NCBI GenBank assembly: GCA_964016885.1
Contig: OZ024742.1
Span: forward strand, 119,598,001-119,662,000
DNA length: 64,000 nucleotides
Reading direction: 5' to 3'
Source: Eledone cirrhosa
Taxonomy: Eukaryota
Shown piece by piece: positions 28,264 to 42,960 of the stretch. A program made the translations under genes and the position numbers. How positions within the stretch are numbered: position 1 is the stretch's first letter; each line of letters opens with the position of its first letter. A model generated the notes under the pieces. That model made no database searches. It saw only the letters and a program-made list of their open reading frames with translations, and was not told where the DNA came from.

Positions 28264-29815
28264 TTCCTTTACATGCATAAACATTTCTTCTTCTTCTTCT
28301 TCTTCTTTTTCTTTTTCTTTTTCTTCTTTTTCTTCTTTTTCTTCTTCTTTTTCTTCTTCTTTTTCCTCTTCCTTTTACTTCTATTTTTTCTTCTTTGCCC
28401 ACTTATTCCTGAGAGGGTCCTAGTGGTAGAGTCCTCAAGCACACCTTCCAGCAGGTCCTGTCAAAAGCAACCATCTCCAATTGATCCGGCTTGATCCCCA
28501 AGTGAAACCAGCTAAGCTCATGGATGTTATCCAACCATCTTGCTTGAGGCCTCCTGTTGCTTGGTTCTGTCCATCAATTCTTTTGTGAAACATCTAACCA
28601 CATGCCATAGTATTGCAGCTGTGATCTCTTAATTCGGAGAAGTAGTGGCTCTACCTAGAGTGACTCCCTGATCTCCAAGCTTTGCCTTCTATTGAGTAAT
28701 GTTACACCAAAGACCCTTCAGAGGGAACCTCATGTTGGCTGCCTGTATTCCCAATCATATTATTTCGCTCATTACTCTAGATTCATGACCATAGATAAAG
28801 GTTGGTATGAATACCAAATTGAAGAAGCAAGTTTGTCTTTTAAACCTACCTCCTTGCTTCTGATTACTGAATGCTGAAGCTGGTGCATTACTGCACCGGC
28901 TCCTGCAGTTCTTGCACTTAATTCAGCCCTTAGCCTTCCATCACTCGTGAACATGACCCTGAGATACTTGAACTTCTCCACCTACTTTTGTGCAACTCCA
29001 CCCACATGTAGAGCGCACTGCATTGTGTAGGCTTCCTTGAGAGGATGAGTGTCTGTTTTCACAGTACTGATTTTCATTCTTGCCATACTGTACCTAGCAG
29101 CAAACCTGTCAAGTGCATGTATGAGATCACTTTTTGATGAGTTAAGTAGTACCATGCCATCTGCAAATTCCAGCCAACTGATCCTAAACCCACCAGTCTT
29201 GATACCACTTCCAACCCAGCTGAGCATGTCAGTCCTGTTCTTAAAGATTATGAACAGGAGAGGTGACAGTACATATCCATGACAGAATCTGACACCGACA
29301 TTGAAATTGTCATTCATATAGAGACTTCAGAGCAACAGGAATCTGTCCATCGATCCCAAATTTCCGATGAACCTTCCACAACAGGTCCTGTGGAATACAG
29401 TCATATGTTTTATCATATGTCCATGAAACAAGCATAAACCTCTTGAAAATACTCACACAATTTCTTGAAGACTTACTGCTGTGTGAATATTTGGTCAGCT
29501 GTTGTGTATCTTGGGTGAAAACCACACTGGACTTGGCAATACTCCTACATCACTTTGTCAGACATTTAGAATTGACTTTACCAGAGAAGCTTAACAAAGA
29601 GATCCCTCTATAATTGGAGTAATCTCCCTCGTCTCCCTTTTTGAAGAGTGAGGTTATCACTCACGATTGCCAGTCACTTAGGTGCTTTCCAGAGTTCCAG
29701 GCCACCTGGCACACATGTGTCAGCCAGAAAATACCTTTTCTATTTAGGCTTTTAACATCTCAAGCCTAATTTCATCCTCACCAGGGGCCTTGCCACATTT
29801 GAGCTCTTTAATAGC
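28264..29815 (-). mobile_element. Degenerate RTE-like LINE (second family) with (GAA)n tail
   Basis: Fragments DK.YD.IP..LLW, G.VLSPLLFIIF, FADG.VL (FADD motif) and EKFKYL.V.FTSDG, with many stops and frameshifts. Confidence 0.82.
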
Positions 29816-30243
29816 TCTGTTATTTTCTATATAAAGTCACAAGTTTAGACATCTTATTTTTTTCACTACCACTTATTTGTAAACTATTATCAGGATTTAA
29901 ATATTTTAAACATAGCTTACAGTCATCATCATCAATGTTACAATGTAAAACATCTTATTCCTTATATCAAAAGGACAGATGGTTAACTCTTTCTAATAAA
30001 ATATAGCCTCTGTGTTTCAATTAATTTTGAAAATAATTAAGAATTTAGAGAGATTTAATAAAATAATTTTTTTCATCAGTAAGCTGTTATTTAGAACATT
30101 ACTTAACAAAAATTTCAAAAATAGAAATATGGTCGAAGGTTTTAATATAAGGATAAACATTTTTAAATGAACAGTTTTGTATCATAAATCCACAGCAGTT
30201 TAATATGGTTTGCTATCAAAATGCTATTAATGAAGATTAAGAG

Positions 30244-30306
<63 letters not shown>

Positions 30307-30598
30307 GCTACTTGGAGAAGCTGGATTTGTATAGCTTTATGAAAAAAAGAACATAGTTCATATCTTGCTTGTATTGCTTTCTGGTAATTTTTTTTTTTTA
30401 CCCAGCTTATTAAAAGTTGAATATTGAAACCTTTTGTCAGAAGGCAATTTCTGAAAGTTCTTGATATTGATACTGAGTAATGTTAAATTAATATTTTGTC
30501 TGATTATATCCCTTCTCTTGCTTAGATAATAGAAAGTGTGTTTTCCATAACTTTTCAACTTTTTCTCTTTAATGATGAACCAATTTAAATTGAAAGTG

Positions 30599-30823
30599 CA
30601 GGTCTGTAATACAAAGAAGAGTTCTTTCATAATACTTAGTAGGAAAAATGGTAATGTAGGTCTGTAACACAATCTTCAGAAGAGTTCTTCCATAATACTT
30701 AGTAGGAAAAATACAGGTCTGTAACACAAGCTTTAGAAGAGTTCTTTCATAATATTTAGTAGGAAAAATACAGGTCTGTAATACAAAGAAGAGTTCTTCC
30801 ATAATACTTAGTGGGAAAAATGG
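30599..30823. repeat. Tandem repeat of ~55-59 bp, 4 copies
   Basis: Unit caggtctgtaa(t/c)acaa..gaagagttctt(t/c)cataatacttagtaggaaaaat. Confidence 0.9.
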
Positions 30824-31724
30824 TTATCATGAAGCTATAGTTCAGTATCAACATTTGACAGCTCTGTTCTGTTCAGGTCAACTATGCCAAGATGTTGATC
30901 AATAAAATACTAGATATAGTTTTTGATTACTTATCCAAGAATCTTGCTATTATATCAGGTATGTGCTGGGAGTAAATACTCAGTGTATTTGTTAACAAAA
31001 GTATGAGATAATATGCGAAAATATTTTGAAAACAAAAATAGTCTGATTACTTATCCAAAAGTATTACCCTTATAAAAGGCATGGACCATGAGTAAATACT
31101 TGAAATAGGCTTTAATATGTTAAATTGGTAACAATCTCATTGTTTCTCAATCAATTTTCACAAGAATTGACACAGATATTCAGATCCAGCCCTAAATAAT
31201 CCATAAATAAAAACAACTTGACTCCCAACTGTCCCTGAGGTAATAAAGATGAATTAATGAAGAGATGAAGAAAGACTGAACATTCAAATGGTGTAGGGAT
31301 GGAACATTTTCAAATTAAGATTTGTTGTAAAAGGAGAATAAATATGACTAAATAGAATGTTGCTTTTCATTCTAATCCTTTAATCTTTCTTTCTTTCTCA
31401 TCCTTTCTCTCACAGTTTCCTCTCTCTCTTTCTCATATATAGATTTGTATATATGAATTATGTGTGTGTATATATAAATTCATATATACACATTAGGTGT
31501 TTACATGTATTTATATATACTTGTGATCCTGTCATTTTGATGTATGTGTGTACAATCATGTGTGTGTGTACAATTGTGTGTGTGTGTGTGTGTATGTATC
31601 CTCATCATCATCGTCTTTGTATGTGTGTCTATATATGTCAATGAGAGTATGTCTTTTTTAATGAATCTGTATATCAAGAACTTCATAATAACTATTTATG
31701 TCATTTAAGTTTTCCAAAAGGAAC

Positions 31725-32075
31725 CACCAAAAATTAGTGTGACAATAAAAAGCACCCAACCCCACACTATAAAGTGGCCATGTAGGTTACACAATAAAAA
31801 TTGCCCAGTCCACACAGTGAAGTGGTCATGTAGGTGACACAATAAAAAGCACCCAGGCCACGCTGTAAAGTGTTTGCATAGGTGACACAACAGAAAGCAC
31901 CCAGTTCACACTGTAAATATGGTTGGTGTTAGGAAGGGCATCCAGCCATAGAAACCAAGCCCAAACCAATTCTGTATAAGCAAGATATGGTCATCGGAGC
32001 TGGTTTGTCTCACAACAAGGCAACACATCTAACCCATGATAGCATGGAAAAATGGACGTTAAATGGGGGTGATAA
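31725..32075 (+). mobile_element. RTE 3' UTR fragment with ~49-bp module x4
   Basis: Repeated aaaagcacccag.ccacactgtaaagtgg module, then ggttggtgttaggaagggcatccag. Confidence 0.75.
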
Positions 32076-33959
32076 TACCACTAAACCTTTCCTACATATT
32101 CAACACCTGAAGGCTGTTAGTGAAAAATAAGTTGTAAATATCAAAATATTTTGACAGAAAAAATATTTGCTTACATATATATCCTCATCATTTTATTATA
32201 AATTTTATGTCTATTTTTCTACACTGGCATGGGTTGAATGGGACATTTCGAAGCAGGATTCTATGAATCAATGCCCTTTCTAATACCAACCCTCATCTTT
32301 TTTTTTAAAATTACAATACAGATTTAACTGCTGAGAAGCAGGATCTCTTTTTACATTGAATATGAGCAAATATCACCACCTGCAATATCAAATGAAAAAG
32401 AAAAGAGAAAGAAAAAAAGAGAAGAGACAAACATACACATATGCAGACACATACATGTGTTGTTCTCCAGCTGGGCTGCCATTTGGCAAACATGTGCTTT
32501 TCTTTATTTTGGTTTGGTTTGGTTTCTTTTTCTTTTCTCCAAGAAAATCCTCTCTTCTTTCTGTCTTTTCCTTTTTGATGAAGGACTTTCATCTGAAATG
32601 TTAAGATATATTTATTCTTTCCTTTTAAGCATTATACTGATATAAAGTTATTGTAATGTGTTGTTCTCTGGCGCTGTTCATTGATTTTTTTATTTGTGAC
32701 CTATTGGGTTCACACACAATGGGCTTTCTTACAGTTGTCATCTACAATATTCATTCAAAAAACTTTGGTCATACCGTGGTTAAAGTAGAAGAAACTATAA
32801 CATGGTTTCAAAGCATAGCAAGTCCACACTTCTGGATGTGTGTGTGTGCACACATACATGCTCATAAAAGTATATGCATCGACATTTATTTAAAAAATGT
32901 TGAGTGGCTTTTGCCTGCATATGCATATAGGCAACCATAAACATTATTATATGTACAACAGGCTAGATACAGATATTTAAATCTTATATACAGTTGTATT
33001 TGCACACACACACACACGCACACGCACACGCACACGCACACGCACACATGTTCATTATTACTATTTTATATATACTTATGAAATAAAATGTCTCTAAAAT
33101 TTAGCTGAAACATTAGAGGCAAACATGCACTTTTCAGTATGTAATGACTTGGAAAGAAAGCAGGATCTATTCTGCTTTTATGACACTATATTTAATGCAT
33201 TTTAAAGTGTCACTCATGGCTTGCATGTTTAATAGTCTTACACATTTATATATGTAGAGGTTGAAAGGCAAGTGAAATAGTGCATGTCAAAATAACCATT
33301 TACTGGTCCAACCATTGCTAGCAAAAAAAGTGGACATTAAATGGTGAATGGTGATGACTTATACATTGACTGCTATACATTAAATTAGCATTTTCATAAT
33401 AAATTATTTTTTATATATATTAATAAATGTAGTTGTAGTTTAGGTAGACACTGCCTATCCAAAGGTATGTACCTGTGTTATATATATTTTGGGTCTGTGT
33501 ATTTTTGTAAATTAGTGCAGCAAGCAAAACTACCTTTTAATATTTATGTATGGAGTCGTAGTCTTTTAATTCAAGGATGTCTTATATATATATATATATA
33601 TATATAACCATGGAAAACTTACCCAAACAAAGGGTCAAAGACATGACCTCTGTAGAGCTGAAGACTCAATTAAAGGCACCCAGTATACCCTGGGAATGTG
33701 AGATGGATGTGGCCCCTAATCCATCTGAGAGGTCTATAGCACCGGTTAACTACTGACTTGGTATGTGACAATTCATCCATCCCTTGTTAGCAGGAAAAAT
33801 AGACATTAAATGATGATGATGTTTGTGTTTTTGCATGTATATGCATGTTTGTGTGTATATATACATGTATGTTTGTGTAAGTTAGAAAATGAAATTCTAT
33901 GAAAGTAACAGAAAAAGTTGTACCACAATTGAAGACGATTTAAGACATTTTACATTTTA

Positions 33960-34460
33960 GGTATGTTCTAGGATGGAGTACCACTGGTGTACCCTTCCTA
34001 GTGAGGCAACTTCAGGAGAAGTTTTTAGCTAAAACCATGTATAGAGATACAGCACAAGTAGTTAGCAATGAGTTCAACACGGGCTTTAGCATGCAGGTAG
34101 GTGTCAGTCAGGGCTTAATTCTAGCATCTCTCTGTTAATTACAGTTCTCCAGGCTATATCAGTCAATGTTAAGACTAGCTTTCAATAGGAATGCCTGTAG
34201 GCCGATGAATTAGTTCTCAGTTGAATCCTTTTGAAAAATTAGAGAATATATTCCAAATGAAAAGACAAAGCCAAGAATTAAAACATCTTGAGGCAAAACT
34301 AGACAAGACAAAGGTTTTAATTAACAGATAGATGACATTTCTATTGCCATCAGGGAGGAGGCCATGTTGAATATGTAAAGGAGTAGGCAGAATATGTAAA
34401 GGAATAGGCAGTAATTCAATACAGTGTACCTAATGTAAAATATGAGTACACAAGAAGTTT
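33960..34460 (+). mobile_element. Highly degraded RTE RT fragment
   Basis: Homologous to 35880-36440 (agtgaggcaac..caggagaagtt, gcaggtaggtgt, aattcaatacagtg). Confidence 0.65.
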
Positions 34461-35124
34461 GTATTTGCATGTTTGCATATTATCATCATTTAACATCTAT
34501 TTTCCCTGCTTGCATGGTTAGACAGACTGTCATGTAATCAGACTAAACAGCTTAAGTGATCACATCTTGCTCATACAATCTGTTTTTGGCTAGGGTTTCT
34601 AAAGATGGATGCCTTTCCTAGAGTGGGCTTGGGGTTCTTTTTTTGTTTTTTCTTTTTGTTATGATACCAGTATGACCCCTTCACAGGGTTGATTAGGTGT
34701 TTTTTTTAATAATGGCACAAGTACGGCTACATTATAGTGCTGATTGAGTGCTTTTATAATGGCATCAGTACAATTACCATACAAGGTGTATAGAATGCTT
34801 TTGTCATGGTACCAGCATGACCATCTTACAGGGTGTATTGTATATGTGTGTGTCATTGTGTACAGGCATGTATATAGCTGGTAATAGGTCCCTGTGAAAT
34901 GTGGCTGTGCTAATTACATATGACTTGTGTATGTATTAGGAATGTATATATGAACATAATATACTTAGAAATATCAGAATAAGAAAAGTGAAACTTTAAG
35001 CAAGTAAGCCACCTCAAACTTGTAGACTCATATCAACTGGCTCATACCAACTGCCTTTCTTCCTCTGGGCTGGCCTACTTGTGTGTGTATATATATACAC
35101 ACATACACATATACACACATACAT

Positions 35125-37195
35125 GATAAACTATTGCAAACTACTGATGAGTCGTGACTGGAGCAAAGTACCGGCCAGACAGAGGGTGATCTGGTGGTGG
35201 AACAGCACAGTGGATAGAGACAGGTGTGAAAAGACTATAAAATTGGGGGTAGCAGAGATCGGTACCAGGTAGATAAGAGAGAGAAGCTAGATGGCAGATA
35301 TACATAGCTCGACAAGAGGCTAAAGAAAGAAAGTTTGCCAATGTCTTGCAATGTGAGGATCAGAGACATGAAGTGTTCCACATTGCAAGGTAATGTATCA
35401 GAGGGAATTGAGGTGTTAGGGAAAAGTGTGATAGAAATGACACTAATGCCCAAAAGAAAGAGGCCAGGAAATGTTACCTTGAGAGGCTGATGAATGTAGA
35501 GAATGAATGGGAGGAAGAGAGACTGCCCCTGACTTCCCCAACAAAGAGACAAGCTTTTGAAATCAACAGTTATAGGTTCAAAGCAATCAAAGAGAGGAAG
35601 AATGTTAAAACCACAGGACTACTATAGATAGTCACCGAGATGCTAAAAGCATTGGGAGAAGTAGGAGCCAAACTAGTAACCAGCATAGTCAATCAAACAA
35701 TACAGGACAGTCATACCCAATGACTGTGGCAGCAGTACAATCATAAATTGCTACAAGGGTGATGTTCTGAAAAGGAACAACTATAAAGGAATATAACTAA
35801 TGGATCAAGTTATGAAAGTGATGGAAAGAGTTCTAGCACAGCTATTAAGGTAAGAATCAAATTAGATGAGATGCTATTCAATTTTGAGCCTGGAAAAAGT
35901 ACTACTGATGCCCTCATCTTAGTGAGGCAACTACAAGAGAAGTTCCTAGCCAAAAATAAGTTGCTATATTTAGCTTTTGTTAATGTATAAAAAGTCTTTG
36001 ACAGAGCACTTCATTCTGTTATCTTGTGAGAGCAGTGCAAGCCATGCACAGAGGAGCTATCAGTAAAGTGAGAGTAGGAAGTGAGTTTAGTGAGGAATTC
36101 AATGTGCAGGTAGGTGTTCATTAGGGTTCGGTTTTCAGCCCGCTGCTGTTCATCACAGTTCTCTAGATCATAACAGAAGAGTTTAAGACTGGCTGCCCAT
36201 GGGAACTTCTATATGCAGATGATCTGGACCTTATAGCTGAATCCATAAAAGAACTAGATAAGTTCTTCCTATGGAAACAATTTGGAATCAAAAGGTCTGA
36301 GAGTAAACTTAGCCAAAACTAAAGTGCTAGTGAGTAGGAAAGAAGATAGGACTCTGATTCCTCCAGGGAAGTGGCCCTGCTCAATATGTAGAGAAGGAGT
36401 AGGCGTAAACTCTATACAATGTAAATCTTGGGTACACAAAAAATGTTGTGTGATAACAGGTAGACTAACAGGAAAGGAAGATTTTGTATATAGAAGATGC
36501 ACAGAGGTAATCAATGGGAGTAGCATCAGTGATATAAACCTTTTCCAATCCCATGAAGGATCTATAGAAGTGGCTTTAATAGCTTCTTCTATCTAGGTGA
36601 CTTAATCAGCAGTAGAGGAGGTTGCTCTGAGAGCATAATAGCTAGAATAAGGATAGGATGGAAGAAGTTTAGAGAGCTACTCCCACTGTTGACCACAAAG
36701 GTTTTTCCTTACGTACAAAAGGATGACTGATGCTTGTGTGCGAAGTGTGATACTGCATGGTAGTGAAACATGGGTAGTGACTGCAGAGGATATGCATAGG
36801 CTGGAGAGAAATGGTGCAACCATACTTCATTTAATGTGCAACGTAAGTGTGAGAGAGAGAGAGCTTGGATGAACTGAGGGAGAAACTGAGTTTAAAAGGA
36901 ATCAGGAGTGGTGTGTAAGAGAGAAGACTTCATTAGTATGGATATGTGATGCACATGGATGATGATGGCTGGGTGAAGACATGCCGGGAAATCCTAGTAG
37001 AAGGAGGCCACAGTAGAGGTAAGTCAAGGATGGCGTGGGTGGAGGTGATGAGAGCTGATCTCAAATCACTGAGACTCACAGAGGAGATGACAAAGAAATG
37101 TGATGAGTGGAGAGATGCTGTGCCGAAAAGGACCCATCCAACCATCCAATCCATGTGGGTGTGGAAAAAACAGACATAAAACGATGATGGCGATA
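35125..37195 (+). mobile_element. Degenerate RTE LINE, ~2 kb, with PHD-like finger
   Basis: WWWN motif, PWELLYADDL (about 36197-36227), ESKGLRVNLAKTKVL..GKWPCSIC, YGYVMHM, and a GAT-type tail. Confidence 0.9.
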
Positions 37196-37660
37196 TATAT
37201 GAACAAATGAAAAAATACTCAGTACATAATTTAGAGTATAATTTATAGCTGTTTGATTGGGCTGTTTGCCATAACATTGCATTCACATGCTTGTTCATAC
37301 AGCCACTTAGGCTAATAAGCTGTTACATCTTCACTATTTCATTGACTAAGACCTACTTTGGAAGTCATTCATAAGGGTGTTGTAACTCTTAACCAAACTG
37401 AAACTTTTTCATACTCATATGAGGAAACAATTTTGTTTGTCTATATAGTGAAACTCTTTTAGCTAAAATTACCAAGAATTAGGAAATCTAATAAATGCCA
37501 AAATTAAAAATACTGTTACTAATAATAATTAGCAAATGGAATGATTAAAGTAAAAATATTCATAATTATATAATAATAAATAATAACAATAATTAGCTTA
37601 ATTTTTGCTTAGTTTGTTGATAAAGTTTTTCAAGTGGGATACTTTATAACTCCTGTGTCT

Positions 37661-37850
37661 AATAATTGTTTCTACTTTTGGCACAAGGCCAGCAATTACC
37701 CAGTGTATTACTGGTACTTTATTTTATCGACCCCGTAAGGATGAAAGGCAAAGTTAACCTCGGCGGGATTTGAACTCAGAATGGCAAGGGCCGTAACTCT
37801 ATGCATCAAAGCATGGCGTCTGACCCTCTACCAATACTGCCAATCCACCG
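37661..37850 (-). mobile_element. MetaSINE-type SINE (young)
   Basis: Close reverse-complement match to 56682-56871 and 1656-1834. Confidence 0.88.
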
Positions 37851-38265
37851 AATGACCATAAGAACATGTTTTTCATGAAGAAACTAACTTGTTAGTTGAG
37901 GGCTGACATTTTGGCTTGATTTTCTGTGTCAAGTTTTATATTACCCTGTTAGCTGGCTGTTGGTAGGTAGTTCAACTTGTTCGCTGTTCAAAGTCCATGT
38001 GTACAGAGATATGCTTAAAGGCTTGGAACATTTTTTGGGGGGCAAGATAACATGATGAAAAGGTTTCATCTCATGTCTGAGATACAGCCAGGCAGAGTCA
38101 AGATTTTGGGTTTTTCAGTCACACATCAATTACAATGGCTGTCACAGTCATTGAATGCCTTGCCTTTGCAGCAATACACAATTTCTAAGGGATTAGTCTC
38201 TTCTCTGTCTTTGAAAAACCAAGTGTATTTTGCAAAAAAATGTGATGTTGCACATATTTCTTGAC

Positions 38266-38484
38266 TTAACCTTTTAGCATTTAAACCAGCTGTATCCGGC
38301 CAAAATTCTCTCGCCTCTTTCTGTTTAAACCAGCCATAACCGGCCACTCATACCGACGTTAAGGTATTGTTCTCAAAATAAATATCAAAATCTCATAGAT
38401 TTGATATTATGTGAGATAAATATGTGAGGTAAAGCCATGAAAATACAATAGTAAATTAGAGTAATTCAAATGCTAAAGGGTTAA
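38266..38484 (+). mobile_element. piggyBac-like MITE, complete
   Basis: TTAA-ccttttagcattt ... aaatgctaaaggg-TTAA. Confidence 0.8.
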
Positions 38485-39151
38485 AGAAATGGGTGGGCTG
38501 TGAGAATCTTGCTTTAAAAATGTATTGAGTGAATCTCATAAACATTTCTACTAAATGATCTGATTATATGTCTGTTCTGTATACTGTTTCTTTTGAGAGG
38601 CATTTTCTATTCTAAGGTCCCTAGTTGTGTCTCTGAAATTACTTTTGGACTGGGTTGTTTGTCTGGTGTATGTAGGGATTTGTTTTGTATGTTTATTATC
38701 AGTGATTTGTAATCTTAAGTTTTCCATACAATTACAACTGTCCATGAAAAAACACTTGTTGAAGATCTTGTGGTATCTTTGTGCAATAGGGAAAGTGTGT
38801 GTGTATTGATTACTATAAGGAAGATCCTGGCTACACATATATATATACATTCAACTTTAGGTGAAGATTAAACTAGATACTTTGTTTATTTTCACATTTA
38901 ATAGATGGAAACTATATGGAGGCCTGTTGAAGGAACTGTTTCTGTTTGGGGGAAGTAGACTTAATCTGTTGACTAATTAACAGCATGACCTGGCTTTTGG
39001 GAGCCTTTAGTAGAGACCACTCTGTTAAAAACATCAAGATTGGGTCTTCTGTCTGGGGATAACTACTCCCCTTTCTTTCAACAGTCTCTGATGCCTTGAA
39101 AATAGCTATTAGCACTGCCATTCCCCCTCTAAGTCATGTGTGTGAGTGTGT

Positions 39152-39245
<94 letters not shown>

Positions 39246-40419
39246 CCCCCCCCCCCCTCTCTCTCTATATATATATGTGTATATATTACAGGCAGTTGAT
39301 TTTTCAGGGATGTTAGAACATTGGATATTTGTTCTAGTTCTCTGCCTAGAAATCTACTTTGCCGTTCATCTTTTTGGGATTGATAAGAAAGTACCAGGCC
39401 GGTGTTGGAATGTGTATGTCTATATAAAATAACTATAATGTTTATTAGATAAATAAATAAAGCCTTAGATTGATGGTAATATTTCTATAGGTGCAATCGT
39501 TTAAATGGTACTTTATTTTTAACCAAATGTCTGCAAGAATTTCTGATGCTATCTCCATATTCCAATTTTGAAAAGCAATCTCTGCTACAGTAATTATTTG
39601 TAAGGTATCATCAAAGTAAGATGATTAAAATGCTGCCTTACATACTAAAATAAATAAATAAATAAAAAAGGTTGAAAGTCACTTTCAAAAGGTTTTTAAA
39701 TTCCATTGTTAGTAAAAAAAATAATAATCAATAGCATCAAAAATGTTTAAATAGAAAAAGAAAAGGTAATTTTTTTGCCAGGTTTTACAGTGGCTGGAAT
39801 AACTTCTAAAAGCAACTCACTCATGTCTGATCTATAAATGACTTTATAAATAGATTTGACAGATAGAGAAAGAGTGGGGAGTTAAATCTGTGAGAATCCA
39901 ATTTTGTCGATATACTAAAATTGATATTTCACACCTATAGCTATCTATTTATAAATCATCACCACTAATCTTCCTGCAGTTACTATATCATCATCACCCT
40001 CATTGTAGACTACTTAAATTTTCTCCAGTATGATACTGGTTATTTTTAAGACTTCAACCAGTATGAAAAATTGGGTCAAACAATTAACTATATCTTCTAT
40101 AATATTGAAACATAATATAAATATAAGCCGATTCTCAATAAATTTAAAATACTAGATTTATGATATCTCTACACATAATTGTCAACAGTGCATTTTCTAA
40201 AGTTTGTTTACGTATAATTAAAATAAATTATCATTATGTCATATAGACAAAACATAAGTAAGAAAAAAACAAGACAACAACCTGAAATTCTCTCTTGTCT
40301 GTTGATTGGTCATGTAATAAATTGACTGGATTTACATTCAGTTTGGTCACGTAATACAGTGTCTATGCTCATTATATCACAGCTTTGATACCATAGCTTT
40401 TCAGCTCTATTTTTTTCTC

Positions 40420-40610
40420 TCTTTCTCTTCCTCTTGCCAGTACCCTTCATAAGCCCCTTTTTATTTTCCCATCACACTATTTCCTTCTTTCTCTTCTTCT
40501 TGCCAGTACCCTTCATAAGCTCCTTTTTATTTTCCCATCACACTATTTCCTTCTTTCTCTTCTTCTTGCCAGTACCCTTCATAAGCCCCTTTTTATTTTC
40601 TCATCACACA
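40420..40610. repeat. 66-bp tandem repeat, about 2.8 copies
   Basis: ttgccagtacccttcataagc recurs at 40434, 40500 and 40566. Confidence 0.9.
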
Positions 40611-41094
40611 CTTTTTTCTATTTCTGAAACCACACAAACCCACATGTTAAGGGGTCTCATGTAGCTGTCTCAGACTAGAAATTGTTACATGAGATATTAA
40701 TTAAGATTTTGATTTAGACAAAATTGTTGTCATCACCATTATTTTTAAATCTTCTGCCCTCTCCTACTCTTTACTATATATATCTAATTAATTACATTTC
40801 AATATCAATACTGCTGTCTCTCAAACATTCGTTGAATGTTATTTAATATGCATAGTTGCTTCTTCAACTTATTGGCGCTCATCCTGTCGTTTAAGTTTAA
40901 ATTTTCCAACTTCTCCTGCTAGTGCAGATCTTCTAACATCAATTCTCATATATACCACATAGAGTAAAAAAGAGTTAAAAGGTAGCATTTAAAGTTCTGG
41001 TTCCTTGTCAATCTGTTTGAGGTTCCACTGTACGTCTTGTGCATTATAATATGTCTACTGCAAATAAGTCTACCTTCACCTTCTATACTCAGTA

Positions 41095-41305
41095 TAATAA
41101 TAGGCACAAAGCTAACCATTTTTGGGACAGTGGAAATCAATTGAATCAACCCGCGTGCATTACTGGTGCTTTATTTTATCTACCCTGAAGGATGAACGGC
41201 AAATCTAACCTTGGCAGGATTTGAACTCAGAACATAAAGAGCTGTAACTCCATGCTGCAAGGCATGTTGTCTGATACTCTACAGATATTGCCAATCCACT
41301 GCCCT
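41095..41305 (-). mobile_element. MetaSINE-type SINE
   Basis: Family motifs on the reverse strand. Confidence 0.75.
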
Positions 41306-42355
41306 TGTATAATAACAATAATAATAATAACATTACATTAAGTATAATGATTATATATTGTTATACTGAATACAATAGCAGTCAACTTTCTCACTCTTTA
41401 CTAAACAGGACTATTCTTACAAGGATCTTACAAGTTCATAGTATTAATTGTGCATCACTGCCATAATAATTCCTTTCAATATAGTCAGCCACTAACAAAA
41501 TTGATGTGATATAGCTTCAAAGAAAATCTACATTGCTGCTCAACTTGCTAGATAGTAGTCAATTTTCCTCCATCAGTTTTCTATGCTAGGCATAACTGTT
41601 TTTTGCTCTGTTATTTTATCTGAAGTGAGAAAATCCAAATGATTAATAGCAACAGTTTGTCCTTGGTTTTTGTTTTTACATCAACTTATTTAGGTATTAC
41701 ATATGTGGTCAGCTCAATTTAACATGTCAATAAGGCTTGTAAACTATTGAGTTATAGGAAACACACAATTAGTAATATCAAGGAAGCAAACAATACTTAT
41801 CTTTAATTAAGAAAGAGAAGATTTTCTCTACAGATAAGCATTTTCATAATGCATTCTCTCTCACTCTCTTTGCCCGTCACCCTTCATCAGGGTAAAGTCA
41901 ATCACTTACTATTCAGAAGTTTGTAATATGCATTACAAAGTACATTATAATCTACTATAAATTCTTCTAAAGCCCTAAACAGCTTTTAATGGTTATTGTT
42001 TAGCTTCAATTTCCAGACATGAAGGTTAATATGCCAGTCTATAACATGTTGCATTTCCAGATCATATGATACCAAGTGAACAGAAACTATATAGATTAAT
42101 AAGACTTACCTAGATAACACATTGAAATGCCATTGTTCTCTTAGAAATCTCACCTATCTAAATTCCATTAATAAGACACATTACCTTTTAGTTTAGCCAT
42201 AGAAGATAGATAAAAACATTATTACTATAGTAAAAGGTTTCAATGTAGATGTTGTAAGAATCACACAAGACCATTCCTTTTGTTCCTGAGCTCATCCTGT
42301 TTGTAAAATATATGTAAAGATTTCAGTAATTTTCATGGCAATTATAATAACCTAA

Positions 42356-42685
42356 GTACGTGACTTAGTGGTTAGAGCGTCAGGCTTACAATCATGAGAT
42401 TGTGAGTTCGATTCTCAGACTGGGCTTTGCATTGTGTTCTTGAGTAAGACACTTTATTTCACATTGCTCCAGTTCACTCACCTGTAGAAATGAGTTGCCA
42501 CGTCACGTCGCTGGTGCCATTGCCTTTCCTTTGGACAACATCAGTGGCGTGGAGAGGGGAGATTGGTATTCATGGGCAACTGCTTGTCTTCCACAAACAA
42601 CCTTGCCCAAACTTGTGCTTCGGATGGGGAAACATCCTTGGTGCAAATCCCATGGTCATTCTTGACCAAAGAAGGTTTTTACCCT
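42356..42685 (+). mobile_element. tRNA-derived SINE (family B)
   Basis: A-box tgacttagtggttagagcg and B-box gagttcgattc. Body matches 2178-2482. Confidence 0.8.
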
Positions 42686-42804
42686 AAGTACTGTTTATTC
42701 CTATTTTTCTGTCCATTTCATTGCTAAAAGTATACCAACACAGCTTCAGAATTATAACTGATGCACTAGTTTATATTTTTGCTTATTCCCTGTGATTAAG
42801 GAGC

Positions 42805-42960
42805 AGTTTTGGTAGAGGGTCGGACGCTATGCTTTTCAGCATAGTTCAAATCCTGCTGAGGTTAACTTTGCCTTTCATCCTTACTGGGTTGATAAAATAA
42901 AGTACCAGTAATTGGTAATTGGGGTAATTACTGGCCTTGTGCCAAAAGTGGAAACAATTA
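42805..42960 (+). mobile_element. MetaSINE-type SINE with internal deletion
   Basis: ggtagagggtcggacg...gccttgtgccaaaagtggaaacaatt. Confidence 0.8.

Noticed and set aside
30905-31102. Diverged ~65-bp duplication (gattacttatccaa...gagtaaatact)
   Set aside because: Only two weakly similar copies and no additional structure.
34960-35082. Another microsatellite-flanked island possibly containing a hammerhead on the - strand
   Set aside because: The core reads CAGAGGA/GATA and the stems do not pair convincingly. Too degenerate to call.
35140-35175. CTGATGAG hammerhead-like core
   Set aside because: No GAAA follows the short stem, and it lies within RTE coding sequence. Other isolated CTGANGA hits (e.g. 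about 12119, 41884, 48028, 54467) likewise lack the remaining core.
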